Shown one piece after another: positions 27,043-36,442 of a stretch of 49,703 bases of DNA. Both the position numbers and the translations under genes were made by a program. The notes beneath the pieces were generated by a model. It had not been told where the DNA came from. It saw nothing but the letters and a program-made list of their open reading frames with translations, and did no database searches. Within the stretch, counting starts at the first letter, position 1, and each line of letters begins with the position of its first letter. The DNA comes from an uncultured Collinsella sp. Lineage in GTDB: Bacteria > Actinomycetota > Coriobacteriia > Coriobacteriales > Coriobacteriaceae. Location of the stretch: the NCBI GenBank assembly GCA_938045085.1, contig CALINZ010000197.1, positions 1 through 49,703 on the forward strand, read 5' to 3'.

Positions 27043-28122
27043 ATGGCAAACAAGCTCTCCGTCGCATTCATCGGCACCGGAATCATGGGTGCCCCCATCG
27101 CCGGCCACATTCTGGACGCCGGCTATCCCGTCACGGTCAACAACCGCACCAAGTCCAAGGCGGCGGCGCTTATCGAGCGCGGCGCCGTCTGGGCAGATAC
27201 GCCGGCCGATGCCGCGGCGAACGCCGATGTCGTCTTTACCATGGTGGGCTATCCCTCCGAGGTCGAGGAACTCTACCTGGCGGGCGACGGCCTGCTCGCG
27301 TGCACTAAGCCCGGCGCGGTCCTGATCGACCTCACCACGAGCTCGCCCGAGCTTGCCCGTGACATTGCCGAGGCCGCCCAGGTTTCTGGTCGCATGGCGT
27401 TTGACTGCCCCGTCACCGGCGGCGAGTCGGGCGCTATCGCCGGTACGCTCACGGCTATCGTGGGCGCTACCGAGAACGACATCGCGCCGGTCCGCGACAT
27501 CCTTGCCACCTTCGCGGCCAACATCTGCTGCTTCGACGGCGCCGGCAAGGGCCAGGCTGCCAAGCTCGCCAACCAGGTGTCGCTGGGCGCCTGCATGGTC
27601 GGCATGGCAGACGCCATGGCATTTGCCGAGCTGAGCGGCCTTGACCTGGAGAAGACCCGCCAGATGATCCTGGGCGGTACCGGCAAGTCCGGCGCCATGG
27701 AGAGCCTGGCTCCCAAGGCGCTCGACGGCGACTACAAGCCCGGCTTTATGGTCGAGCACTTCATTAAGGACCTGCGCTTGGCGCTCGCCTATGCCGACGA
27801 TCGCGAGCTTGCGCTGCCCGGCGCCGACGTGGCCTTTACGCTCTACGACATGCTCGACGCCATCGGTGGTGCCAAGCTGGGCACCCAGGCCATCACAGTC
27901 CTCTACAAGGAGGAGGCCGACGCCATCGCCGCCGGTCTGGACTGGTCGCAGTATCGTCCTGAGGAGCATGGCGCTCACGAGGACGGCTGCGGTTGCGGCG
28001 AGCACGGCGACGACCATGAGTGCGGTTGCGGTCACCATCACGGCGAGGACCACGAGTGCTGCGGCGGCCACGGCCATGACGACGGCCACGAGTGCTGCTG
28101 CGGCCACCATCACGGGGAGTAG
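27043..28122 (+). CDS. NAD(P)-dependent beta-hydroxyacid dehydrogenase family protein with His/Cys-rich tail
   Basis: FIGTGIMG Rossmann motif, DCPVTGG, GQAAKLANQ, PGFMVEHFIKDL. Confidence 0.9.
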   Translation: MANKLSVAFIGTGIMGAPIAGHILDAGYPVTVNNRTKSKAAALIERGAVWADTPADAAANADVVFTMVGYPSEVEELYLAGDGLLACTKPGAVLIDLTTSSPELARDIAEAAQVSGRMAFDCPVTGGESGAIAGTLTAIVGATENDIAPVRDILATFAANICCFDGAGKGQAAKLANQVSLGACMVGMADAMAFAELSGLDLEKTRQMILGGTGKSGAMESLAPKALDGDYKPGFMVEHFIKDLRLALAYADDRELALPGADVAFTLYDMLDAIGGAKLGTQAITVLYKEEADAIAAGLDWSQYRPEEHGAHEDGCGCGEHGDDHECGCGHHHGEDHECCGGHGHDDGHECCCGHHHGE

Positions 28123-28127
28123 CGCCC

Positions 28128-28556
28128 ATGAGCTGGACGTTCGTGGTGCTAGCGCTGGTGCTCTTTCTCTTTGCGATCTACATTGGCTTTTTGTGCGGCC
28201 AGTGGGCGTGCGAAAAGCGCGTGATCACCAAGCGCGACTACTGGATCGCCAATTTTGCAGGAGCGGCGGCAGTCGTCCTGCTGACCTGGGTGTTTTCGCT
28301 GTTTCCGTTGGTGCAGTTTGCGCCGATCGGCTGGCTCGGCGGCTTTATCGCCGGTCTTAAGATGAGCTTTGGCGAGTCCGTTGGTCCATGGCGCAAGCAC
28401 GACGAGGTTTTTAACGTCAACAAGGCTCATCGCGCCGCCGCCGACGCGGGCGACGCCGAGGAACGCCGCCGTGCGCGTCGCAATGGCGCGGCCGACCGAC
28501 AGCTCATCTCGGTCACCGATGACAGCAAGGGTGCTGGCAAGCACGCTAAGAAATAG
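28128..28556 (+). CDS. Small membrane protein, hypothetical
   Basis: About three hydrophobic segments; tightly spaced within the operon. Confidence 0.7.
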   Translation: MSWTFVVLALVLFLFAIYIGFLCGQWACEKRVITKRDYWIANFAGAAAVVLLTWVFSLFPLVQFAPIGWLGGFIAGLKMSFGESVGPWRKHDEVFNVNKAHRAAADAGDAEERRRARRNGAADRQLISVTDDSKGAGKHAKK

Positions 28557-28571
28557 TAAGAAGAGGTAACT

Positions 28572-29270
28572 ATGGCAGAAAACAAAGACGAACAGCTCAC
28601 CGACGAGGAGCTGGCACAGCTTCAGCTGGCAGAGGAGAACGAGAACGCCGTCGACCGTCTGGTCAAGGAGCTCGGCTGCCCCACGCGCCGCATCCGCCAG
28701 TTTGCCGCCCGCGTGCTTCACCTGCTTGCCGAGCGCGATCCGCAGCGCGTCGTGCCCTGCGTGCCCGCGCTGATCGAGGCGCTCGACCGCCCCGAGGCGC
28801 AGACCCGCTGGGAGGCCCTCGATGCCCTGACGGCGCTCGCCACCACCTGCCCCGAGCAGCTGGGCGATGCCTTTGAGGGCGCCGAGACTGCACTGTTCGA
28901 CGAGATCTCCTCCACGCTGCGCTATGCCGCCTTCCGCCTGCTGTGCGTGTGGGGTGCCACGAGCGTCGAGCGTTCGCGCGAGGCTTGGCCCATCCTGGAC
29001 GAGGCTATCCAGTGCTACCACGGCGACCTTGAGTATCGCGACATGCTCGGTTGCCTGTACGAGTTTGGCCAGGGCGAGATTGACGCCGAGGTCGCCGAGA
29101 AGCTCGCGCTGCGCCTTAAGTTCGACGCCGAGAACGGCAAGGGCAGCTATCTCAAGGCCCGTTCGAGCGAGATTTGCGAAATGCTTGTTAAACGTTTTGG
29201 CCTGGATCTCTCCAAAAAGAAGAAGCGTGCTAGCGTTAAAAAATCTGACGACGCCGAAGACGAGGAGTAA
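28572..29270 (+). CDS. HEAT/ARM-repeat-like hypothetical protein
   Basis: Helical repeats such as VPALIEALDRPEAQTRWEALDAL; GAGG RBS. Confidence 0.7.
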   Translation: MAENKDEQLTDEELAQLQLAEENENAVDRLVKELGCPTRRIRQFAARVLHLLAERDPQRVVPCVPALIEALDRPEAQTRWEALDALTALATTCPEQLGDAFEGAETALFDEISSTLRYAAFRLLCVWGATSVERSREAWPILDEAIQCYHGDLEYRDMLGCLYEFGQGEIDAEVAEKLALRLKFDAENGKGSYLKARSSEICEMLVKRFGLDLSKKKKRASVKKSDDAEDEE

Positions 29271-29276
29271 CAGATT

Positions 29277-30362
29277 ATGGCGCACGATGTAGTCCTGATC
29301 CCCGGTGACGGTATCGGTCCCGAGATTACGCAGGCCATGCGCCGCGTGGTCGAGGCCACCGGTGTCAAGATCAACTGGAACGTCCAGGAGGCCGGTGCCG
29401 GCGTCATGGACGAGTTTGGCACGCCACTGCCCCAGCACGTGCTCGATGCGGTCGCCGAGACCAAGGTTGCCATCAAGGGCCCCATCACCACGCCGGTCGG
29501 TACGGGTTTCCGCAGCGTCAACGTGGCCCTGCGCAAGCACTTCGACCTGTATGCCTGCGTGCGCCCCTGCCTGTCGCAGCCGGGCGACGGCTCGCGCTTC
29601 CGCGACGTCGACCTGGTCATCGTGCGCGAGAACACCGAGGACCTCTACGCCGGCATCGAGTTCGATGAGGGCGCTGCCGAGGTCGAGGAGCTCTCGCAGC
29701 TCGTCGAGCGCTCGGGTCAGAAGACCTTCGCCGCTGATTCCGCCATCTCAATTAAGCCGATCTCCATCGCCAAGAGCCGCCGTATTGTGGAGTATGCCTT
29801 TGAGTATGCCCGCCGCTGCGGCCGCAAAAAGGTGACGGCCGTGCATAAGGCCAACATCATGAAGGCGACCGACGGCCTGTTCCTGCGCGTGGCGCGCGAG
29901 GTGGCCGCCAACTATCCCGATATCGAGTTCAACGACAAGATTGTCGACGCCACCTGCATGGGCCTGGTCCAGAACCCCAACGACTTCGATGTCCTGGTGC
30001 TGCCCAACCTGTACGGCGATATCGTGAGCGACTTGTGCGCCGGCCTGGTGGGCGGCTTGGGGATGGCCCCCGGCTCCAACATCGGCGCCGACTGCGCAAT
30101 CTTTGAGGCAACGCACGGATCCGCGCCCGATATCGCGGGCCAGGATATCGCCAACCCCACGGCCGAGATCCTCTCTGCTGCGATGATGCTCGATCACCTG
30201 GGCGAGAACGACGCTGCCAATCGCATTCGCGCCGCCGTGTCTGCCACGCTCGACGAGGGCGAGCAGGTTACCGGTGACGTGCGTCGTGCCCAGACCGGCT
30301 CCGTTGAGGGCGCTGTGGGTACGCAGGCCTTTGCCGATGCCGTTATCGCGCAGCTGGCCTAA
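29277..30362 (+). CDS. icd: Isocitrate/isopropylmalate dehydrogenase family, probably isocitrate dehydrogenase
   Basis: [67 protein letters not shown]. Confidence 0.85.
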   Translation: MAHDVVLIPGDGIGPEITQAMRRVVEATGVKINWNVQEAGAGVMDEFGTPLPQHVLDAVAETKVAIKGPITTPVGTGFRSVNVALRKHFDLYACVRPCLSQPGDGSRFRDVDLVIVRENTEDLYAGIEFDEGAAEVEELSQLVERSGQKTFAADSAISIKPISIAKSRRIVEYAFEYARRCGRKKVTAVHKANIMKATDGLFLRVAREVAANYPDIEFNDKIVDATCMGLVQNPNDFDVLVLPNLYGDIVSDLCAGLVGGLGMAPGSNIGADCAIFEATHGSAPDIAGQDIANPTAEILSAAMMLDHLGENDAANRIRAAVSATLDEGEQVTGDVRRAQTGSVEGAVGTQAFADAVIAQLA

Positions 30363-30488
30363 GGCATGCACACTGCAGACGCCTAAATAGTACTTAAGTG
30401 TTTGCGTATAACCTGAGAATCAATACGCCCGGCGCTCTGTCGGGCGTATTCTATTGCGGACTATGTTTCCTAACAAGGAGTAACTGAT

Positions 30489-31574
30489 ATGGGTCTGATT
30501 CAAAAGAAGGACGAGAAGGACGAGATCGACGGCATCCAGATCATCGAGCGCGGCGAAGGCCCCGACGGTGACGAGGACGAGAAGATCGATCTGGTCGCCG
30601 GTACGTCTGCCGAGCACATTGCTGCCGGTACGACGGCCGAGGAGGAGGACGCTCGCCTGGAGGCAAAGATCGCCGCGGACGCCGCCGACGAGAACCTCAT
30701 GCCCGAGGAACAGGACGAGGACGACGACTCCGACGCGGACGACCATGCATCCAAGCACAAGAAGACGATGATTGCCGCCTTTGTGGTCGCTATCGTGATC
30801 GCTGCCGTGATTGGCTTCTTTATTGGCAATGGCGGCTTTGGCGGGAAGGGTGTCGGCTCGGCGACCCTCACCGAGGACCAGCTCGATTCGACCGTGGCAA
30901 GCTACAGCTACAACGGCAAGAAGAGCGACATCACCGCGCGCGAGGCCATCGAGAGCCAGTACAGCCTCGACACCGTCAAGGATGGCGATGGCAACTACAC
31001 CGCTCCCTCTGCCGACGTCATCCTGTCCTACGTGCGCAACAAGATCCTGCTCGACGCTGCCGAGGACGAGGGCATCACCGTCTCTTCCAAGGAGATGAAG
31101 AAGTACGCCGAGGATTCCATCGGCACTTCGGACTACAAGACCATGGCCACGCAGTATGGCGTGTCCAAGGACCAGGCCAAGCAGATCGTCCGCCAGTCCG
31201 CGACGCTGCAGAAGCTCTACAAGAAGAAGGTCGGCGACAGCTCCGCAAGCATGCCGACCGCCCCGACCGAGCCTTCTGACGGCAACGAGGAGACCGCGAG
31301 CAAGGACTACGCCGACTACATCATCAACCTTGCCGGCGACGAGTGGGATAGCGAAAAGGGTACCTGGAAGGACGCCGATAGCACCTACGCTAAGGCCTTC
31401 GCTGACGATGCCTTTACGGCCGATAGCGCTACCTACAAGCAGGCCATGACCGCCTATTACACCGCCTACCAGCAGTACTCCTCGCAGGCTTCGAGCGCTA
31501 GCTCCAAGTGGACCGAGTACGCCAACGGCCTCTACGCCAAGGCCAATATCAGCATCTACGGCCTGTTTGCGTAA
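30489..31574 (+). CDS. Membrane-anchored hypothetical protein (acidic N-terminus, TM helix, possible SurA-N-like external domain)
   Basis: AAGGAG RBS, single TM helix, strong codon bias, terminator downstream. Domain call is tentative. Confidence 0.75.
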   Translation: MGLIQKKDEKDEIDGIQIIERGEGPDGDEDEKIDLVAGTSAEHIAAGTTAEEEDARLEAKIAADAADENLMPEEQDEDDDSDADDHASKHKKTMIAAFVVAIVIAAVIGFFIGNGGFGGKGVGSATLTEDQLDSTVASYSYNGKKSDITAREAIESQYSLDTVKDGDGNYTAPSADVILSYVRNKILLDAAEDEGITVSSKEMKKYAEDSIGTSDYKTMATQYGVSKDQAKQIVRQSATLQKLYKKKVGDSSASMPTAPTEPSDGNEETASKDYADYIINLAGDEWDSEKGTWKDADSTYAKAFADDAFTADSATYKQAMTAYYTAYQQYSSQASSASSKWTEYANGLYAKANISIYGLFA

Positions 31575-31614
31575 GGTTTGCCTGCACTACTGCGCGTTAA
31601 CCGATCACCTGATT

Positions 31615-31652
31615 AAGCCCGCTAGAACGGACAACGTTCTAGCGGGCTTTTT
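31615..31652 (+). terminator. Intrinsic terminator
   Basis: AAGCCCGCTAGAACG / CGTTCTAGCGGGCTT followed by a T tract. Confidence 0.85.
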
Positions 31653-32075
31653 GTTGCCGAAATCAATAGGATAGGCCTCGCGCCCGCGCAAGCGCTCCAT
31701 CGGGTTCCCCTAATTCATATGGGAAAATAGCTGCAAACGATTGCAAGTAACCGGTGAACGGTCGAAAACTACCGTTCACCGATAATCTCAAAACTGGTTC
31801 TAACTGGTATTAAGTCAAAAAGACCAATTCACATATCTTCACAATGACCTGCAATTTTTCTACACGCTATTTTTAGCCGCCCTGCGTTGTTTAGACACAG
31901 GAAAAGATCCGATTTTTTGCCAAAGCATTTCGAAACGGTTTCAAAACCGCAGGTAGAAGTGTTAACGACCGGTAAACGGTCGATTTATCACCGTGAGCGG
32001 TGCAAAAACGTTTTACCGTATGAATCAACGAAAGCGACCTCTTCTGGGGTGATATAGTGACAACAACACGTCACG

Positions 32076-32088
32076 TGGTTACTACCAG
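32076..32088. promoter_or_regulatory. Putative AgaR (GntR/HutC) operator
   Basis: TGGTTACTACCAG near-palindrome, identical copy at 36369-36381; resembles the DasR/NagR-type TGGT-N4-ACCA box. Confidence 0.7.
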
Positions 32089-32204
32089 TTTAGAAACCAC
32101 TGGTCTTCAAAGAACGCTTTCTAAGAAGCTTTAAGGGCGAGTGCCCGCTGGCTTCCGAAAATCATCGGACTCAGATTGTACACACCTTCGGAAGGGAAAT
32201 TTGA

Positions 32205-32648
32205 ATGGTTGGCTTTATTCTTACCGGTCATGGACAGTTCGCACCCGGCCTTGCAAGCGCTATCGCTATGGTTGCCGGCGACCAGCCTGCTTTTACCGTC
32301 GTTCCTTTTGAGGGCGACCAGGCCGCATCCTACGGTGAGGATCTCCGCGCCGCTATTACCGCCATGCGCGAGGAGTGCGATGGCGTGCTTGTCTTTACCG
32401 ACCTGCTTGGCGGCACCCCGTTCAACCAGTCGATGATGATTGCCCAGGATGTCGACAACGTCGAGGTTCTGACTGGCACCAACCTTCCCATGGTTATTGA
32501 GCTTCTGTTCCTCCGCGGCAATGCCACGCTCGCCGAGCTTGGCGAGCAGGCCGTGACCGTTGGCCAGACGGGCATCACCGCCCAGACGGTCGCATCCGTT
32601 GCCGGCTCCGAGGAAGAGGATATCTTCGGCGACGAGGACGGCATCTAA
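32205..32648 (+). CDS. PTS mannose-family EIIA (GalNAc system, AgaF-like)
   Basis: ILTGHG phospho-His, TDLLGGTPFN, GTNLPM. Confidence 0.92.
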   Translation: MVGFILTGHGQFAPGLASAIAMVAGDQPAFTVVPFEGDQAASYGEDLRAAITAMREECDGVLVFTDLLGGTPFNQSMMIAQDVDNVEVLTGTNLPMVIELLFLRGNATLAELGEQAVTVGQTGITAQTVASVAGSEEEDIFGDEDGI

Positions 32649-32929
32649 TGGCCGATTTCGGAGCCAACGTCCTGAGCTCCTCGGTCGCCCTTTTAGGCCT
32701 GCTTGTCATCATGGGCTTGATTTACACCATCTGGTCGCAAATCAACATGAAGAAGAAGCAGAAGTACTTCAAGGAGCTGCACACCGAGCTCAAGCCGGGT
32801 CAGGAGGTTCTTTTCGCCGGCGGTATCTACGGAACCGTCAAAGGCATCGAAGGCGAGAAGGTCCAGATCAAAGTCCGATCCGGAGCCGTCGTAGATGTTT
32901 CGCGTTACGCGATTCAGGAGATCAAGTAA
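32648..32929 (+). CDS. YajC-family small membrane protein
   Basis: N-terminal TM helix then LKPGQEVLFAGGIYGTV...VSRYAI; start overlaps the EIIA stop. Confidence 0.82.
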   Translation: MADFGANVLSSSVALLGLLVIMGLIYTIWSQINMKKKQKYFKELHTELKPGQEVLFAGGIYGTVKGIEGEKVQIKVRSGAVVDVSRYAIQEIK

Positions 32930-32965
32930 CTGTCGTCAGCAAATATCGAAAGGAAGCTGATCAAC

Positions 32966-33448
32966 ATGGCAGAACCCAACATTCTTCTTACCCGCATCGA
33001 TAACCGACTGGTTCATGGTCAGGTTGCAACCCAGTGGAACTCCACCCTGGGCTCCAACCTCATCCTCGTCGCCAACGACGACGTGGCGTCCAACACCATG
33101 CGCCAGAACCTCATGAAGATGGCCGCTCCCGCCGGCGTCGCTACGCGTTTCTTCTCCCTGCAGAAGACCATCGACGTCATTGGCAAGGCGAGCCCGCGCC
33201 AGAAGATCTTCATCGTGGCCGAAACACCGGAAGACGTGCTTACGCTCGTCAAGGGCGGTGTGCCTATAAAGAAGGTAAACATCGGCAACATGCACATGTC
33301 GGAAGGAAAGCGCCAAGTCGCCACCTCCGTCGCAGTTAACGACGAGGATGTCGCTGCGTTTAAAGAGCTGCAGGAATTGGGGGTGGAGTTGGAGATCAGG
33401 CGCGTTCCGAGCACGCCTGTTGAGGACACGAGCAAGCTCTTCTCGTAA
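32966..33448 (+). CDS. agaV: PTS mannose-family EIIB, GalNAc-specific
   Basis: ILLTRIDNRLVHGQV phospho-His motif, TRFFS, NIGNMH. Confidence 0.9.
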   Translation: MAEPNILLTRIDNRLVHGQVATQWNSTLGSNLILVANDDVASNTMRQNLMKMAAPAGVATRFFSLQKTIDVIGKASPRQKIFIVAETPEDVLTLVKGGVPIKKVNIGNMHMSEGKRQVATSVAVNDEDVAAFKELQELGVELEIRRVPSTPVEDTSKLFS

Positions 33449-33538
33449 TCCTCGTGATCCACGTTGTCAGGAGTGAAACCCTGACGTTCTGTACGTGATA
33501 TCCAAAGTGCGTACATACATTTTGAAAGGAGGAGCAAG

Positions 33539-34339
33539 ATGGAATACTCGATCATCCAGATCGCTCTGGTCTTCGTTGTTACGTTCATCGCGGCAATCGA
33601 CCAGTTTGACTTCCTCGAGTCTCTCTATCAGCCCATCGTCACCGGCGCCGTCATCGGTCTTATCCTTGGCGACCTCAACACCGGTCTTCTCGTGGGTGGT
33701 ACCTATCAGCTCATGACGATCGGCAACATGCCGATCGGAGGCGCTCAGCCGCCTAACGCCGTCATCGGCGGCATCATGGCAGCCATTCTCGCTATCGCCA
33801 CGGGCCTCGAGCCCAACGCGGCAGTCGGCCTCGCCATTCCGTTCGCTCTGCTTGGCCAGCTTGGCGTTACCCTGGTCTTCACGCTTATGTCCCCGCTTAT
33901 GTCCACGGCCGATAACATGGCTCACAACGCGGACACCAAGGGCATCGAGCGCCTGAACTACTTCGCCATGGCTCTGCTCGGCCTGATCTTCGCTGTCGTC
34001 GTCACCCTGTTCTTCATCGCTGGCGCTACCATCGGTCAGACCATCGCTTCTGCCATCCCGACTTGGCTGCAGACCGGTCTGTCCGCTGCAGGCGGCATGA
34101 TGCGCTTCGTCGGCTTCGCCGTCCTGCTCAAGGTTATGATGAACCGCGATATGTGGGGCTTCTTCCTCATGGGCTTCGGCCTCGCGCTCATCACCGTTGC
34201 CAACGATTCGCTGGCAACCCCTGCTCTGCTCATCCTCGCTCTCATCGGCTTCGGCATCGCTTTCTGGGACTTCCAGCAGCAGACCGAGCTGAAGGGTGCA
34301 GCTGTTTCTGACGGAGGTGACTTCGAAGATGGCATCTAA
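33539..34339 (+). CDS. PTS mannose-family EIIC (AgaW-like)
   Basis: QPIVTGAVIGLILGD, IGGAQPPN, AGGMMRFVGFA. Confidence 0.92.
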   Translation: MEYSIIQIALVFVVTFIAAIDQFDFLESLYQPIVTGAVIGLILGDLNTGLLVGGTYQLMTIGNMPIGGAQPPNAVIGGIMAAILAIATGLEPNAAVGLAIPFALLGQLGVTLVFTLMSPLMSTADNMAHNADTKGIERLNYFAMALLGLIFAVVVTLFFIAGATIGQTIASAIPTWLQTGLSAAGGMMRFVGFAVLLKVMMNRDMWGFFLMGFGLALITVANDSLATPALLILALIGFGIAFWDFQQQTELKGAAVSDGGDFEDGI

Positions 34340-35411
34340 TGAGTATGTGATCCCGGAGCACTACGAGGATCTCACTCCTGCTCCGCAGCTCGACCAGAAG
34401 ACCCTCAACAAGATGGCTTGGCGCTCCTGCTTCCTGCAGGCATCGTTCAACTACGAGCGCATGCAGGCCGCTGGCTGGCTTTACTCCATCATCCCCGGTC
34501 TGGAGAAGATCCACACCAACAAGAACGACCTCGCGGCTTCCATGAGCCACAACCTGGAGTTCTTCAACACCCACCCGTTCCTCGTCACCTTTGTTATGGG
34601 CATCGTGCTTTCGCTCGAGCAGAACAAGGTTGACATCCCCACGATCCGCGCCGTCCGCGTCGCCGCAATGGGCCCGCTCGGTGGTATCGGTGACGCCCTG
34701 TTCTGGCTGACGCTCGTGCCTATCACGGCCGGCATCACCTCCAACATGGCCATCAACGGCAACGCTGCTGCGCCGATCATCTTCCTGGTGATCTTCAACG
34801 CCGTCCAGTTCGCTCTGCGCTTCTGGCTCATGAACTGGTCCTACAAGCTTGGCACCAGCGCTATTGACGCTCTGACCGCCAACATGCAGGCCTTCACGCG
34901 TGCCGCTTCCATCATGGGCGTCTTCGTCGTCGGTTGCCTGGTCGTCACCATGGGTGGCACCCAGATCAACCTCCAGATCCCCAACGGCACCACCCGTGGC
35001 CTCTCCGCTACTACCGTGATCGTCTCCGAGAAGGAGGCCGAGAACTTCACCGGTATGGAGGGCATCGATACCGAAACCGCTGAGGCCGGTACCATCGCCA
35101 TGACCGATAAGGACGGCAACGCCCTTACCGCTTCCGATGCCGACGGCAACGCTGTCGAGTGCGGCGTCACCGATCTGGGCAACGGCATGGAGTCCGTTAC
35201 CTACGGCACCGTTACCGAGGATCCGGTCAACTTCTCTGTTGCCGACACCCTCAACACCATCGTCCCGAAGCTCGTCCCGCTTATGCTTACGCTGCTGCTT
35301 TACTACATGTTCGCTAAGCACAGCTGGACCCCGACCAAGGGCATTCTCCTGCTCTTCGTCCTTGGCATCCTGGGCGCTGGCCCGCTTGGTCTCTGGCCGA
35401 GCATCTGGTAA
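34329..35411 (+). CDS. PTS mannose-family EIID (AgaE-like) with a large insertion
   Basis: QASFNYERMQ, FFNTHP, MGPLGGIGD; extra hydrophilic segment before the C-terminal TM helices. Confidence 0.92.
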   Translation: MASNEYVIPEHYEDLTPAPQLDQKTLNKMAWRSCFLQASFNYERMQAAGWLYSIIPGLEKIHTNKNDLAASMSHNLEFFNTHPFLVTFVMGIVLSLEQNKVDIPTIRAVRVAAMGPLGGIGDALFWLTLVPITAGITSNMAINGNAAAPIIFLVIFNAVQFALRFWLMNWSYKLGTSAIDALTANMQAFTRAASIMGVFVVGCLVVTMGGTQINLQIPNGTTRGLSATTVIVSEKEAENFTGMEGIDTETAEAGTIAMTDKDGNALTASDADGNAVECGVTDLGNGMESVTYGTVTEDPVNFSVADTLNTIVPKLVPLMLTLLLYYMFAKHSWTPTKGILLLFVLGILGAGPLGLWPSIW

Positions 35412-35477
35412 GGCTCTAGCTTGAGGGGTGTGTCCCTACGCGGCTCACACCCCGACCCCTTAAGCCATGTGTATGTT

Positions 35478-35511
35478 AAAAGCCGCGTGCTCGAAAGAGC
35501 GCGCGGCTTTT
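35478..35511 (+). terminator. Intrinsic terminator after the PTS operon
   Basis: AAAAGCCGCGTGCTC-GAAA-GAGCGCGCGGCTTTT. Confidence 0.8.
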
Positions 35512-35596
35512 GTTTTCTTGATGATTCGGGTGTGGCGGACAGATAATGCTAAACACCCTAGGTAGTTAGCCGAATTCGAGCAAAAGGGAGGATAGG

Positions 35597-36328
35597 ATGG
35601 CGATCGGAGCGCGTAAGCAGCCGCTGTACGATCAGCTGGTCGATATTCTGACCGAAAAGATCGACCATGAATATCGCGCCGGTGACATGATTCCTTCCGA
35701 GCGCGAACTTTCGGAGCGCTATGGTCTCTCGCGCACTACGGTACGCCTGGCTCTGCAGGAACTGGAGCGTTTAGGACTGGTGGTTCGGCAGCACGGTCGC
35801 GGTACCTTTGTGACCGACCGTTCGGCAAAGGCAACCAATCTTATGCAGTCCTACAGCTTTACCGAGCAGATGCGCGCGATGGGTCGCGACCCCGAGACCA
35901 CGATTCTCGAGTTTTGCGAGATGGAGGCCGATAAAAATCTGGCCGAGCATATGGGATTGCGTATAGGTGATCGCATTTTTAAGCTTAAGCGCCTTCGTTC
36001 TGCCGACAACATGCCCATGATGGTCGAACGCAGCTATCTACCAGTTCGTCAATTTCTGTCCCTAAAGCGACCGCTGCTGGAGCGTAAGCCGCTTTACGAT
36101 GTGATTGAGCAAGACTTTCAGCAAAAGATACGCGTGGCCGAAGAGGAGTTCTATGCGAGCATAGCCCGTCCCACCGACGCCCACCTTTTGGGAATTGTCG
36201 AGGGCTCGCCTGTGCTCGATTTGGTCAGGACTACGTATAACGAGTCAAACGAGGTTGTGGAGTATACACTCTCGGTTGCTCGTGCCGATCAGTTTAAATA
36301 CAAGGTTTACCACCAGCGTAGCGACTAG
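35597..36328 (+). CDS. GntR (HutC/UTRA) regulator of the aga cluster (AgaR-like)
   Basis: [30 protein letters not shown] and UTRA domain. Confidence 0.9.
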   Translation: MAIGARKQPLYDQLVDILTEKIDHEYRAGDMIPSERELSERYGLSRTTVRLALQELERLGLVVRQHGRGTFVTDRSAKATNLMQSYSFTEQMRAMGRDPETTILEFCEMEADKNLAEHMGLRIGDRIFKLKRLRSADNMPMMVERSYLPVRQFLSLKRPLLERKPLYDVIEQDFQQKIRVAEEEFYASIARPTDAHLLGIVEGSPVLDLVRTTYNESNEVVEYTLSVARADQFKYKVYHQRSD

Positions 36329-36368
36329 TGTTCGCATCGTATCCATATGATGATTCTTTGCATTTAAC

Positions 36369-36403
36369 TGGTTACTACCAGATAACCAACTGAAGTGTAT
36401 AAT
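36369..36403 (+). promoter_or_regulatory. Operator and -10 box upstream of agaS
   Basis: TGGTTACTACCAG (36369-36381) overlaps the expected -35 region of TATAAT (36398-36403). Confidence 0.72.
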
Positions 36404-36442
36404 TGCACGTCAGAGGATTACTTCTAGAGAGAGGTATTAGAA

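Noticed and set aside
31653..32204. Hidden small gene or riboswitch in the long AT-rich intergenic region
   Set aside because: No convincing ORF with an RBS and no recognisable aptamer; better explained by clustered operator and promoter motifs.
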